Positions 51,935-61,255 of a stretch of 64,000 nt of DNA are shown here, in pieces. A program made the translations under genes and the position numbers. The notes beneath the pieces were generated by a model. That model searched no databases. It was not told the origin of the DNA and saw nothing but the letters and a program-made list of their open reading frames with translations. Origin of the DNA: an uncultured Chroococcidiopsis sp. (GTDB lineage: Bacteria > Cyanobacteriota > Cyanobacteriia > Cyanobacteriales > Chroococcidiopsidaceae); the NCBI GenBank assembly GCA_964248365.1, contig CAXTYC010000001.1, forward strand, positions 192,001-256,000, in the 5' to 3' direction. Each line of letters starts with the position of its first letter. Position 1 is the stretch's first letter.

Positions 51935-53520
51935 TTAACTTGCAATTAATGGCTCTAGTATTAGTTTACATTCATCAAAACAATCAAATTTACTATTATC
52001 CTCTAGCAGCCAGCAGACACCAATGTGTCGATCAAATAGTAAGTAGTCTTTTAACCAAGGTTGGTGAGTGGGTGGAGTTTGTAAAACAATTACTAATACA
52101 GCATTTTTCCTGATTTGTCCACTACTATAGTATCGATAACGATACTCATATAGTTGACTTACAGCTTTTCTAACTTGGTCAATAATAATTGAAGCATCGC
52201 TACTTTTCATTTCAAATATAAACGTCAAGCTATCAGGGCTTTCAGATTCAAGGTATGGTAAGTTCTGTCCTACAAGATATGTATTTTGAATGGGAAATCC
52301 GCGAGGATATAGCTGATTTATATCATCTAGATTCACGCCCACATCTATCAAATCTGTTTCCCAAGGTTCTAAACCAGCTTTCTCAATGCATTCCTTCATC
52401 TTTTGAACTAGCAAATCATGCCAAGCATTACGTCGTTCTCGTAAGATGCGTGTAATTTCAGGATCAGAAGTAGCTTGAGGTTGCTTTCTTTGTGTTGAAC
52501 TTGGTCTATATTCTTTTTCGATTCTTCTAGGTTCTGGTAGTAAGGACTGCAAAGAAGTTGGAGATTCTACAGGTTGTACAGATGTAGATATAGTTGGACT
52601 GATTATTATTTCTCCAGCTATTCTCACAACTGCTTCAGCTGAGATTGTTTTGCAAGCATCAAAGTAATTTGCCCAATCTCCAGAAGCTAACACGTTACAC
52701 ACCTGGTCTAGGTCAGTGCATTGATTAAAATCTTCAAAAAAGCAGTTTATTGATTTAATTGCTTCAATTTGAATGTCTCGATTATGATTAAGAACATAAT
52801 CTCCATAGTTCAAAAGTCTTAAATTATTACCACGTTCGACTTCAAAAAGTCCTGTAGCCTCCAAAAAAGCAAACCTCTTTTCACCTTGCACTATCGGCAA
52901 TTGATGATTGTGGTATTTTTCTAAAACTTCAATTACTTCTTTTTTTGATGGAAAGGAATTACCCCTTAATTCTTGACAATTCACCAGTGTGTAAATTTCC
53001 TCTAGTGTAACAAATATTTCATCCTTAAGCCTTCCTTGTAAATAAGCTTTAGCCTCAAAAATATTTAAAATTAGACGGAGAGGACAAACTTTATAACCCG
53101 ACTAATTAAACTAAGCGTTTTACTTTGGCTTTGATGTTCTAAACTAGGACGATTCCGATTGTACTGCTGACCACGACCGTCTGGTCTTTGATAAAGACTG
53201 AGCTGTAACCTGCACGCTTCTACATTTGGCTCATATCCAATCAAATAGCGACGAGCGGTTTCACTTATATAACACTTCCAATAACCTTCTTGCCAAACTA
53301 TATGACCTACTCCTAATATTGACATATATATAGAGTAAATATCCCTAAAGGGAGAGCGAGCAGCTGTTGGAGATAAGAAGTTAAGTGTTCGATCAAATTG
53401 TTCTCGCTCAAAAGTTTGACCATCAAAACTCAAGAACACTTCAGCCAGTTTTACTAACTTTCTTTTCCAATCTTCTAGGCTAGACGCATGAATTTTATGA
53501 CTAAATAAATCGTCCAGCAT
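51935..53520 (-). pseudogene. Putative restriction endonuclease, frameshifted
   Basis: ORFs 53071-53520 and 51935-52984 join via a frameshift near 53100 (bridge GYKVCPLRLILNIFEAK...EEIYTLVNCQE); C-terminal D...FEMKS...Q..KAVSQLYEY nuclease motif; adjacent to the MTase. Confidence 0.7.
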
Positions 53521-53522
53521 GG

Positions 53523-54165
53523 CTATTCTTTTTGTAAATAATCTAAACCTAAATACCGAACTGCTTCTTCATAAGTTAGAGTGGTTGAAGCATCAAATAG
53601 ATGCTTACGTATATGTGTAGCTAACAGTGCAGCAAAAAGGGGTGGGACTGCGTTACCAACTTGCCGAATAGGATGTCTACTTGTTCCACTAAATGCCCAA
53701 AAATCTGGAAATGTCTGCATTCTAGCAGATTCTCGTGGTGTTACTTCACGAGGGGTATAAGGATGGATATGTCCCTTGCCACCTCCAGCATCAGAGCCTA
53801 CAACAATTGTAAAACTTGGACGATTAGGGTCAAGCTTATTAATCCGAGTTTTTGGATCACGTTGTCCAAATTTTAATGAAGCATACCGCTCTTGTATTGT
53901 CTGGCTATGAACTCTACCTTTAGAAAAGAGTGAAAGCCAGTTTCTACACTCGAAGCTCGATTGGCTCTCAATGTAATGCAGCAGTGTGAGTCTTGCTCAA
54001 CACAGCATCGAGTCGAGAATCCTGCAACTTCAAAGCCTAGATCCATACCACCTGCTCCAGTAAATAGACTGACTGTTGAAATTGGATCAAAGGCGGGACG
54101 TAGTAGCGATTTGTACTTAGGTACTGCTGATTCTGTTGATGTAGCCTCCTTTACTGCTTGCATTC
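53523..54165 (-). pseudogene. C5 DNA cytosine methyltransferase with an internal deletion
   Basis: Motif I SLFTGAGGMDLG and motif II are present; a junction near 53920 jumps to TRD and motifs IX-X (HP...TPRESARMQTFPD...QVGNAVPP); catalytic PC and ENV motifs are absent. Confidence 0.88.
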
Positions 54166-54351
54166 GGATCAACCCAAAAAATTCGTATAGAGAAGATAAC
54201 AACTAATTTAAGCACAGTACTAGGGTGCGTTGCAGGTCGCACCCTACAGGTTTCTCGTTCCCAACCTTAGTTTAGGAAACACGCCTTGGAAGTCTCAAAC
54301 TCCTAGTAGAGTAAATTGTTTGCCACCCATACCCACCTGACTCTCGTTTAT

Positions 54352-55707
54352 TTACCCCTTCGGAAATATCTCCCCTATCTGAGTGGGATTCAATCCATAA
54401 AATTCATCCTGGTGCTGTAATCCATTCAATCCCCACAAGAAAACACCCCTAGCACCCAAAGCAAAAGCTTGTTGCGCCCAATTTCGATAAATCTTGATTC
54501 GCTCTTGCTGCAATGCTGTAGGTGTTAGAGGCGATCGCAGCTGTTGCGACTGACTCCGACACCAACCCATCTCGCCAACATACCAAGGCTTATTACCAAT
54601 AGCAGCAGCGCGGGATTTTAGCCATTCTTCTCCCATTTTTATGTAGCTTTCTGAACGCTGGGGCTGATTCGGTTGTAATAAATAATTCCATCCTCGGCGA
54701 TCCGCATACTTATCGCCACAATCTTTCTGCTTTGGTAACTCCACTTCTTCATGAGGATACATATGAATACTCCCCATCGTGAAAGCGCTATTCTTTTCGT
54801 AGAGATTCGTTTTCAGATCGATTCCTTCATAGTACTGACTTTCATTTTTTAGGTACTTCAAATTAAGATCAACAGGAGACACTAACCAGCCTTCTTCTCC
54901 TGAAGTAATATTGACACTTGCAGGTAAATTTTTGCTTAAAAATGCTGCCTGACGATTTAGCCATTGAGCAACAATTTGATGGGAATATAAACCATCCTTG
55001 ACAACCTGATTACTTTCACTGTAACGACTTTTTCCTCTTGGCTCATTCATCACATCGACAATTACCACTTTGGAATTATTTTTAAAAGCATTAATTACCG
55101 GAGTTATCTGCGACTGGAATAATTTTTCGACTTCTGGTAAAGTATAAAAATCAATTGCGTATTTTTTATAAAATTCTTCGTCTTTTTTATTACAAAAGGC
55201 ATCAAACCAATCTTCCAGTTTAATGCGACCAGCCCATTCTAGATAACGCAGAATACCCCCATACTCTATCCAGTAGTTAGCAAGAACAGGCACTTGGTAA
55301 AAACCGATTTGGGCTAGAGATTGCATCATAATTTCTAAAATCTCTAGTACCTGTTCATCCATTTGGTCGGCTGTTGTCCAGAGAGCAGCATCAAATATAT
55401 TTTTTCCTAGTACTTTATTTGATATAGGATAATTGTTTCCTGCTAAAAACCGGATAGCATTAATTTTACTTTTGTCTCGTAATCTTGCCAACCCTAAATC
55501 ATCTTGAAGATATTTAGCAACTACTTTACGAGGAACAGCATTAGGATTTTGTTTTGCTTTACGGTAACTCTCCATTAGGAGATAGAAAGCATTGATACCA
55601 TAAAGATGCTCTTGGGAAGCTGCCATAGCAGGAATCATTTGAGAAGCTAATGCTGCTCCAGACATTTGCGTTAAAAATTTTATAAATTTTCTTCTGGGTA
55701 AATGCAT
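54352..55707 (-). CDS. Tat-exported clan GH-A glycoside hydrolase (GH5, mannanase-like)
   Basis: RRKFIK Tat signal, YGINAF, NYW.EYGG, MNEPR acid/base, IHMYP, VGEMG nucleophile, FLW. Confidence 0.8.
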   Translation of the reverse strand: MHLPRRKFIKFLTQMSGAALASQMIPAMAASQEHLYGINAFYLLMESYRKAKQNPNAVPRKVVAKYLQDDLGLARLRDKSKINAIRFLAGNNYPISNKVLGKNIFDAALWTTADQMDEQVLEILEIMMQSLAQIGFYQVPVLANYWIEYGGILRYLEWAGRIKLEDWFDAFCNKKDEEFYKKYAIDFYTLPEVEKLFQSQITPVINAFKNNSKVVIVDVMNEPRGKSRYSESNQVVKDGLYSHQIVAQWLNRQAAFLSKNLPASVNITSGEEGWLVSPVDLNLKYLKNESQYYEGIDLKTNLYEKNSAFTMGSIHMYPHEEVELPKQKDCGDKYADRRGWNYLLQPNQPQRSESYIKMGEEWLKSRAAAIGNKPWYVGEMGWCRSQSQQLRSPLTPTALQQERIKIYRNWAQQAFALGARGVFLWGLNGLQHQDEFYGLNPTQIGEIFPKG

Positions 55708-56160
55708 AAGTATAGTTATTATAATAATTAATATTCACAAATCATCAGTTATCAGTTTTCTGTTATTACTCATCAGTTATCAGTTATTAATTCCTGGTGG
55801 GGGTAACTGGTAACTGATAACTGAATAAATATCCAGGTAACTGTCTTTAAAATATTGTGTAAACCGGATTAGTATAAATGCTCCCTGTCCTATATTTTAA
55901 TAGCTTTTTACCCATTAGGATATATATTTACAAAGAATGAAATATTAATGAAGCTTCTACCCTAAGTTGGATGGAATGTTTCATGAATTTCATGAAGATT
56001 ACATGAAAACACACAGTTGTGCTGTTGTGGATTCAGATGCAAATACCCTTCCACGAGGGGGGGAGATTAATTGAATCGAAACACTGTTTTTGCAACAGCA
56101 CAAAGTCCTATACCGCGCTACATTTAGCGTCGGGCAATAGCAAGATAAACAGGAGAGTAG

Positions 56161-56652
56161 ATGAGCGCAATATACCCACGTAGAAAAGTTTTACGCCCAA
56201 TGGCGTGGCTGCTTAGTGTGTTGCTAATAGTTCCATTTTTGTCAGCTTGTGGAGGCGGTTCTCGCCACAGTTCTGCTCCACCGCCACCCGTTGACGATAC
56301 TCGTGGTGGAATAGTGTCTAATCCTCAAGGCGCAAATCAACCCGAAGCCAGGAAGAAGGGATTAACGACAGGGCAAAAAGTGGCGATTTTGGGTGGAGCC
56401 GCCGCACTATACTATCTCTACAATCGGCATAAAAACAAGCAAGAGCAGGGAGCGCAAGGCAAGTATTATCTTTCTAAAAACGGGCGCGTTTACTACCGCG
56501 ATGCTGAAGGTCGCGCTCACTGGGTAACGCCGCCGCAGGGGGGAATTCAAGTCCCAGAATCAGAGGCGCAGCAGTACCGAGATTTCCAGGGATATAATAA
56601 CAGTCCTACAGGTCGAAACTTAACTGACTTGCAGCCAAGTGCCGCACAGTAA
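56161..56652 (+). CDS. Putative lipoprotein of unknown function
   Basis: Lipobox LSAC, internal hydrophobic segment, YYLSKNGRVYYRD; AGGAG SD. Confidence 0.75.
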   Translation: MSAIYPRRKVLRPMAWLLSVLLIVPFLSACGGGSRHSSAPPPPVDDTRGGIVSNPQGANQPEARKKGLTTGQKVAILGGAAALYYLYNRHKNKQEQGAQGKYYLSKNGRVYYRDAEGRAHWVTPPQGGIQVPESEAQQYRDFQGYNNSPTGRNLTDLQPSAAQ

Positions 56653-56748
56653 TGTTGTTGGAGGCGTTAAACTAAGGCATTGGCGATCGCAGCTTTAGAA
56701 ACAAAATTCACTCAGCCGTTCCAGTAGGAATGTAAAAAGGAGATAAAT

Positions 56749-57054
56749 ATGGTTGACGACTTTTTACGCAGAGCAGCGGACGCTTTTTTGGGTAAACACA
56801 ACGATGAGGAGCGCCCACGTCCAGCCAGTGAAGATCCCTATGGCGATCCAGCCGACACTGGATACTACGGCGACGTTCGCCCAGCTAGCGAAGATCCCTA
56901 TGGCGATCCAGCCGACACTGGATACTACGGCGACGTTCGCCCAGCCAGCGAAGATCCCTACGGCGATCCAGCCGATCAAGACTATTACGGTAACGCTCGT
57001 CCGGCTAGCGATGATCCCTACGGCGATCCAGGCGATCGCCGCAACATCTGGTAA
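56749..57054 (+). CDS. Small acidic repeat protein (RPASEDPYGDPAD repeats)
   Basis: AGGAG SD; 60-bp repeats at 56818, 56878, 56938 and a partial one at 56998, with mostly third-position variation in this frame. Confidence 0.8.
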   Translation: MVDDFLRRAADAFLGKHNDEERPRPASEDPYGDPADTGYYGDVRPASEDPYGDPADTGYYGDVRPASEDPYGDPADQDYYGNARPASDDPYGDPGDRRNIW

Positions 57055-57068
57055 TCTAGAGCAACCAT

Positions 57069-57111
57069 GTAGAACTCGTTCCCAAGAACCCAGCCTGGGA
57101 ACGAGTTCTAC
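57069..57111. terminator. REP-like hairpin between convergent genes (possible bidirectional terminator)
   Basis: Perfect 16-bp arms GTAGAACTCGTTCCCA and TGGGAACGAGTTCTAC. Confidence 0.6.
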
Positions 57112-57166
57112 TTGTGTCTTGTGTCTTGTGTCTTGTGTCTTGTGTCTTGTGTCTTGTGTCTTGTGT
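57111..57166. repeat. STRR (CTTGTGT) x8
   Basis: Eight exact heptamers. Confidence 0.95.
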
Positions 57167-57176
57167 CTCCTTTCTT

Positions 57177-57995
57177 CTAAGGTGTTATGGTTTCTGTAGA
57201 AGGTGGAACGGGTTTGACTTTTTGACGACGAGAGCCAAAGGTATACCAAATTTGGGCTTCAAAACTACCCCCATTTTCGGTCAAATTCTTGAAACCTCCT
57301 ACACTTAGAGTTAAATTGTCCGTTGCACCCCACCGAAATTGTCCGCCAAGTTTCGAGAAGTCCTTTTGATCTGATTCTTGCAAGCGATAGATACCATAAA
57401 ATTGAGTGGCTAGTGCAAATCGCTTCACTAGATCGACACTAAGTTCGCCAGTCAGCCGCAATTCATTACTTGCAGAACCAAAGTAGTCTCGATAGCCAAT
57501 TTCTAAAGTTCCATAGCCATTGCGTTGTTTATCTATTGCGAAACCACGAGTGATCGGTAAACTGATTTCTACCCCCACATCCTGATTCCCTGAGCCGGAT
57601 GGATCTTCCTTAGCATCATAACCCAGAGGTACAATTAGACTTCCCTGAATAGCTGTTGCCCAATTCGGATCTCGGTTGAAGCGCCAACGTACTCCTAACT
57701 CTTGAGCAGAAAAACCTTGATTGCGGTTGCGATTATAATCATTTTTTGACCAGGTATAAGGAGATTTAAAAATTAAGGTTAAATCATCCTGTAAGCCATG
57801 TTCGAGATAAAACTGAATCTCCTGTTTATGGAATGTGTCAGTGTCAAAGTTACTGTAGCTAAAGGAAGTAAAGTTAAAGCCCTTGGGTTGGGTAAATCCT
57901 CCACAATAGCCTCGCCCTCCTGCACAAATTGATAGTAACCCAGTTAGTGCTACAGATGCGATCGCCCTCGTCAGATGTTTTACCCTAAAGCCCAT
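57177..57995 (-). CDS. Putative outer-membrane beta-barrel protein
   Basis: Signal peptide, amphipathic strands with aromatic girdles (ELGVRWRF, LEIGYRDY, GQFRWG, FEAQIWYTF); overlaps the upstream gene. Confidence 0.7.
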   Translation of the reverse strand: MGFRVKHLTRAIASVALTGLLSICAGGRGYCGGFTQPKGFNFTSFSYSNFDTDTFHKQEIQFYLEHGLQDDLTLIFKSPYTWSKNDYNRNRNQGFSAQELGVRWRFNRDPNWATAIQGSLIVPLGYDAKEDPSGSGNQDVGVEISLPITRGFAIDKQRNGYGTLEIGYRDYFGSASNELRLTGELSVDLVKRFALATQFYGIYRLQESDQKDFSKLGGQFRWGATDNLTLSVGGFKNLTENGGSFEAQIWYTFGSRRQKVKPVPPSTETITP

Positions 57996-59068
57996 TGTCC
58001 CTCCTGTAAGACTCCTTTAAAAGTCTTGGCAGCATCTAGGGCATTATAGGGATTGTTCTTGTACAGACCATAATGCATGAGAGAAAACTTATCTAGCCCT
58101 AAATGAGTTACTGATTTAAGCCAATCTGGACGAGACATAATCGCAAAATCACGAGTAACTGTATCAGCACGACCGCCATTCGGGTGATACTCCTTAATCG
58201 AAGGTTCATAGTGAGAAACCATCAGCGATTTGTTGTACTTCGAAAAAACTTCACAACATTGACGAATTTGCTCTGGATTACCCAAATCAGCACGTTTGAG
58301 TTCTGGATTATACTCACCCGTTGGTCTTGGTCGCATAGATTGAAACGCAATCCCATCCATCTGCTGTAACATAGAAGCAAACGGTGGAATCATACTCCTG
58401 CCTTTGCGTTGAGACCGATAATCAAACGTAACAATCCAACCTCCCCAACTCGGAGCTACCCAAGCATTAGGCAATTGACTTTTGATTACCGCTCTTGCCT
58501 TTAGTAAATTTTGCATCAGAGCGTCGTAATACCGAGCCGTTGTGCTATTGTAAGTGTCTGCTGGTACACGCCAATAAGAAAATTCTGTTGCCAATGTCCA
58601 ATAGGTTTGTCTGCCTTGAGGATTTGCCTTGCGAATGTATCCGGCTAATTCTTCTAAATCTTCTAAAAATTGTTGAGAAATATGGTAATCTCCTGTAGGT
58701 AGAGATGTATCATCTTCCCAACTAATCACTTGCAGACTGTAACCTTGAGCAAACCAGGCTGACAACAAACCCTGCTTGTGCCATTGTTGCCAGAAACTTA
58801 AATCTCCTTTTTTGTGGTCAAAACTATTAAGCCAACCAGCGAGAAAATCGGGAGACCAAGCTCGGACTAGTTCTTTGACATCTGGATTATTGTGTACTTC
58901 TCCAATCAGTCGGGATGGATCTGCTCCCATCCCCAATTTCCAAGGTCTAAAATTAGCTGCTTTAGCCAGCGATGATTCACTGTTTAACAAATTTTTTTTA
59001 CATGAAGCCAAAAATAAAGAAGTAGCAAATAATCCTTGTAAATATTGACGGCGAGTATAACGTTTCAT
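57980..59068 (-). CDS. Exported (RR signal plus lipobox) glycoside hydrolase-like protein
   Basis: TRRQYL...LASC, Trp-rich, VISWE, LATEF, DGIAFQS; TIM-barrel GH fold inferred only. Confidence 0.5.
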   Translation of the reverse strand: MKRYTRRQYLQGLFATSLFLASCKKNLLNSESSLAKAANFRPWKLGMGADPSRLIGEVHNNPDVKELVRAWSPDFLAGWLNSFDHKKGDLSFWQQWHKQGLLSAWFAQGYSLQVISWEDDTSLPTGDYHISQQFLEDLEELAGYIRKANPQGRQTYWTLATEFSYWRVPADTYNSTTARYYDALMQNLLKARAVIKSQLPNAWVAPSWGGWIVTFDYRSQRKGRSMIPPFASMLQQMDGIAFQSMRPRPTGEYNPELKRADLGNPEQIRQCCEVFSKYNKSLMVSHYEPSIKEYHPNGGRADTVTRDFAIMSRPDWLKSVTHLGLDKFSLMHYGLYKNNPYNALDAAKTFKGVLQEGQWALG

Positions 59069-60570
59069 GGATTGAGGCGTTGCAAAAGCTTATAGTGTGA
59101 TGTTCCAAATACCTCTTGAAATCCTGGCAAAGTAGTTTCAGCTAGTTGGGGCCAGTATGATAAAATTCGATCTTGCTCCTGACCACGAGTTTCATTACCT
59201 GGAACTAAGATAAAATCTGTTAAAAGGTCAGGTTGCTGTAAAGCCAAGAAAAATTCATTTTGGTAAGGCAAAATAAAGTGGCTAGCATCATTAATTAAAT
59301 AAATAAGTGGGAAATTAACTGCGTCATCCATTAAGACCTTTTGACCAGGTAAAAGTTTTTCAAACAGCACCTGAGCAATTTGTTGCTGTGCTTGCTTTTG
59401 CAAGAGCCATTGCTGCACTGACAGTGTGTCTGGCATTTCTTGGCGAGTTATTTGTCGCCATAAGATAGTTTCCTCTGGGACAAATTGATTTTGTTGAAGT
59501 AAAGAGACACTACAGAACAGACTTATAACTAAAGCCCCAGTAAGGACAAATCGCTGCCATTGTGTTGTTAAGGGAAACTGTTGTAAAATTAGTGGTAAAA
59601 TACCTAAGAAAATACCAAAGCGGCTGGCTTCAGGCATAAAAGTTCCCTGCCAAAAGCCAGCCACCAAAAAAATCACAGGTAAAAGCAAAATAGAAGTTGA
59701 TATTATCCATTTTTGCTCTCGCCAAACTACCCAACCAGCCACCAAAAGATAAACTGGAACAACTTGGATAATCCAGGTAAAACTACCTAGCCAACTACTC
59801 CAAAAATCTTCTTGTTGTAGGAATATTTTTGTTTCTGCTAAACGCATTCCACTGTAGTAACTATTGATAAAATAATAGGCATCTCCTGTAAATAACCAGT
59901 TCATATACATCCAGGTGGCAATCAATACCACACTCATAAATAGAGTGACTAAAATGGCTGTGAACCTAAAACCCCTGGATTCATTAGGAAAGAGTCGAGC
60001 TAAAGCAAGCGCTACCACAGGCAAAGTAAACCAAGCTTCGTAGCGCAGCAGCATCAAGGGAGCTAATCCCAATCCTAATAAAACCAACGCCAGTGTTGAA
60101 GGTAAGGCAGTCGCCTTGTTCTGGCTTAACATCCATAACAGCCCCATTAGCAGACTTAAAAAAATTGTTACCGTTACCCAAGCAGGGCTACGCACTAACA
60201 TTAAACTAAAGACAGGATTTAGTAAAATTAAAGCCGTCCAAACCCATTGCCAAGTTTTAGCAACGGGTGAATTTCCTATCTGCCAGGTAAGCAATCCAAT
60301 TAGAATAGCTCCCAGAATGACTTGCAAGGATACTGCCGATCCTAGAATCAAAGTGCCGTAAACTAACAAAGGAGGAAAAATAGAAACGATCGCTCTATAG
60401 CGTGGTTCGGCTCCAGTTAGGGCTTCGAGTGCTTTAGCTCCTAAGAACTCTAAGTCGTAACTTGAGAAACCTGTTATATCTAGCCAAGCTAATATCAGAC
60501 TCAGCACCAACAGAGCCAACAAGCCAGCACTCAGCCCCATCATTCGATTAGGCATATTGGGATTAACCAA
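59065..60570 (-). CDS. Polytopic membrane protein, GT-C (PMT/ArnT-like) glycosyltransferase candidate
   Basis: About 12 TM segments, early Asp, FPPL, LRYEAW, soluble C-terminal domain (VLMDD); ATGA-coupled to the next gene. Confidence 0.6.
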   Translation of the reverse strand: MVNPNMPNRMMGLSAGLLALLVLSLILAWLDITGFSSYDLEFLGAKALEALTGAEPRYRAIVSIFPPLLVYGTLILGSAVSLQVILGAILIGLLTWQIGNSPVAKTWQWVWTALILLNPVFSLMLVRSPAWVTVTIFLSLLMGLLWMLSQNKATALPSTLALVLLGLGLAPLMLLRYEAWFTLPVVALALARLFPNESRGFRFTAILVTLFMSVVLIATWMYMNWLFTGDAYYFINSYYSGMRLAETKIFLQQEDFWSSWLGSFTWIIQVVPVYLLVAGWVVWREQKWIISTSILLLPVIFLVAGFWQGTFMPEASRFGIFLGILPLILQQFPLTTQWQRFVLTGALVISLFCSVSLLQQNQFVPEETILWRQITRQEMPDTLSVQQWLLQKQAQQQIAQVLFEKLLPGQKVLMDDAVNFPLIYLINDASHFILPYQNEFFLALQQPDLLTDFILVPGNETRGQEQDRILSYWPQLAETTLPGFQEVFGTSHYKLLQRLNP

Positions 60571-61255
60571 AAGAGTTTATTCCTCTCCTCGTAAAATAGT
60601 ATTTTTAACCGTGTAAAATAGCCGATCATAACAATTTATGGAGTACTTGTGATAAATAAAACATATAAAATAAAATTTTGTCCAAATATAAAATTGAGCG
60701 CCTCCTCATGCAAATTTTGCTTAGATAGAATAAAGTTGTCTTTAACAGTGAGCCTGGAGCCAGTTACCAGTTATCAGTTACCAGTTAAATGTTGGTAGCG
60801 TTTGAATAGCAGACAGAATTTACCAAGGGTGGTTTTGTTATCTACTTTCCTACGCAGTCTGTTACTATTGGTTGTCTTTTCTTATTTATACTTTATCTTA
60901 CAAGATATTTGTGTAAAATTATACCCAAATTTTCCAAGGGCAGAAAAACTTGGGTACTTAAAGTCGAAGATTTGCCCAGATGATTAAATTTGCAAAACAA
61001 TGTATTTGAAAGGATAAATTTAACTTATAATTTGGCTTTGATTAACTATTATTAAATGACTAAAAGAGTTAGAATTTTAAAATCAATATCATTACCCGAT
61101 TACCCTGATAATTTTGAACTATATTTTATCAAGTCAAAGTTGATAAATATAAGGCAGTAACAAATAGGATCTACTATTAGTTAATAACTAATAAGGAAAT
61201 TATTTTGGTGCATAATAGCAGGCTTTTTAAAACTCAAACAAAATATTATTCTGAT

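Noticed and set aside
56818..57038. 60-bp periodic repeats as a CRISPR array
   Set aside because: No unique spacers, the period is a multiple of 3 within an ORF with an SD, and there are no cas genes
60802..60987. 61-aa hydrophobic ORF in the divergent EPS promoter region
   Set aside because: TTG start without an SD in AT-rich DNA; a small membrane protein is possible but unsupported
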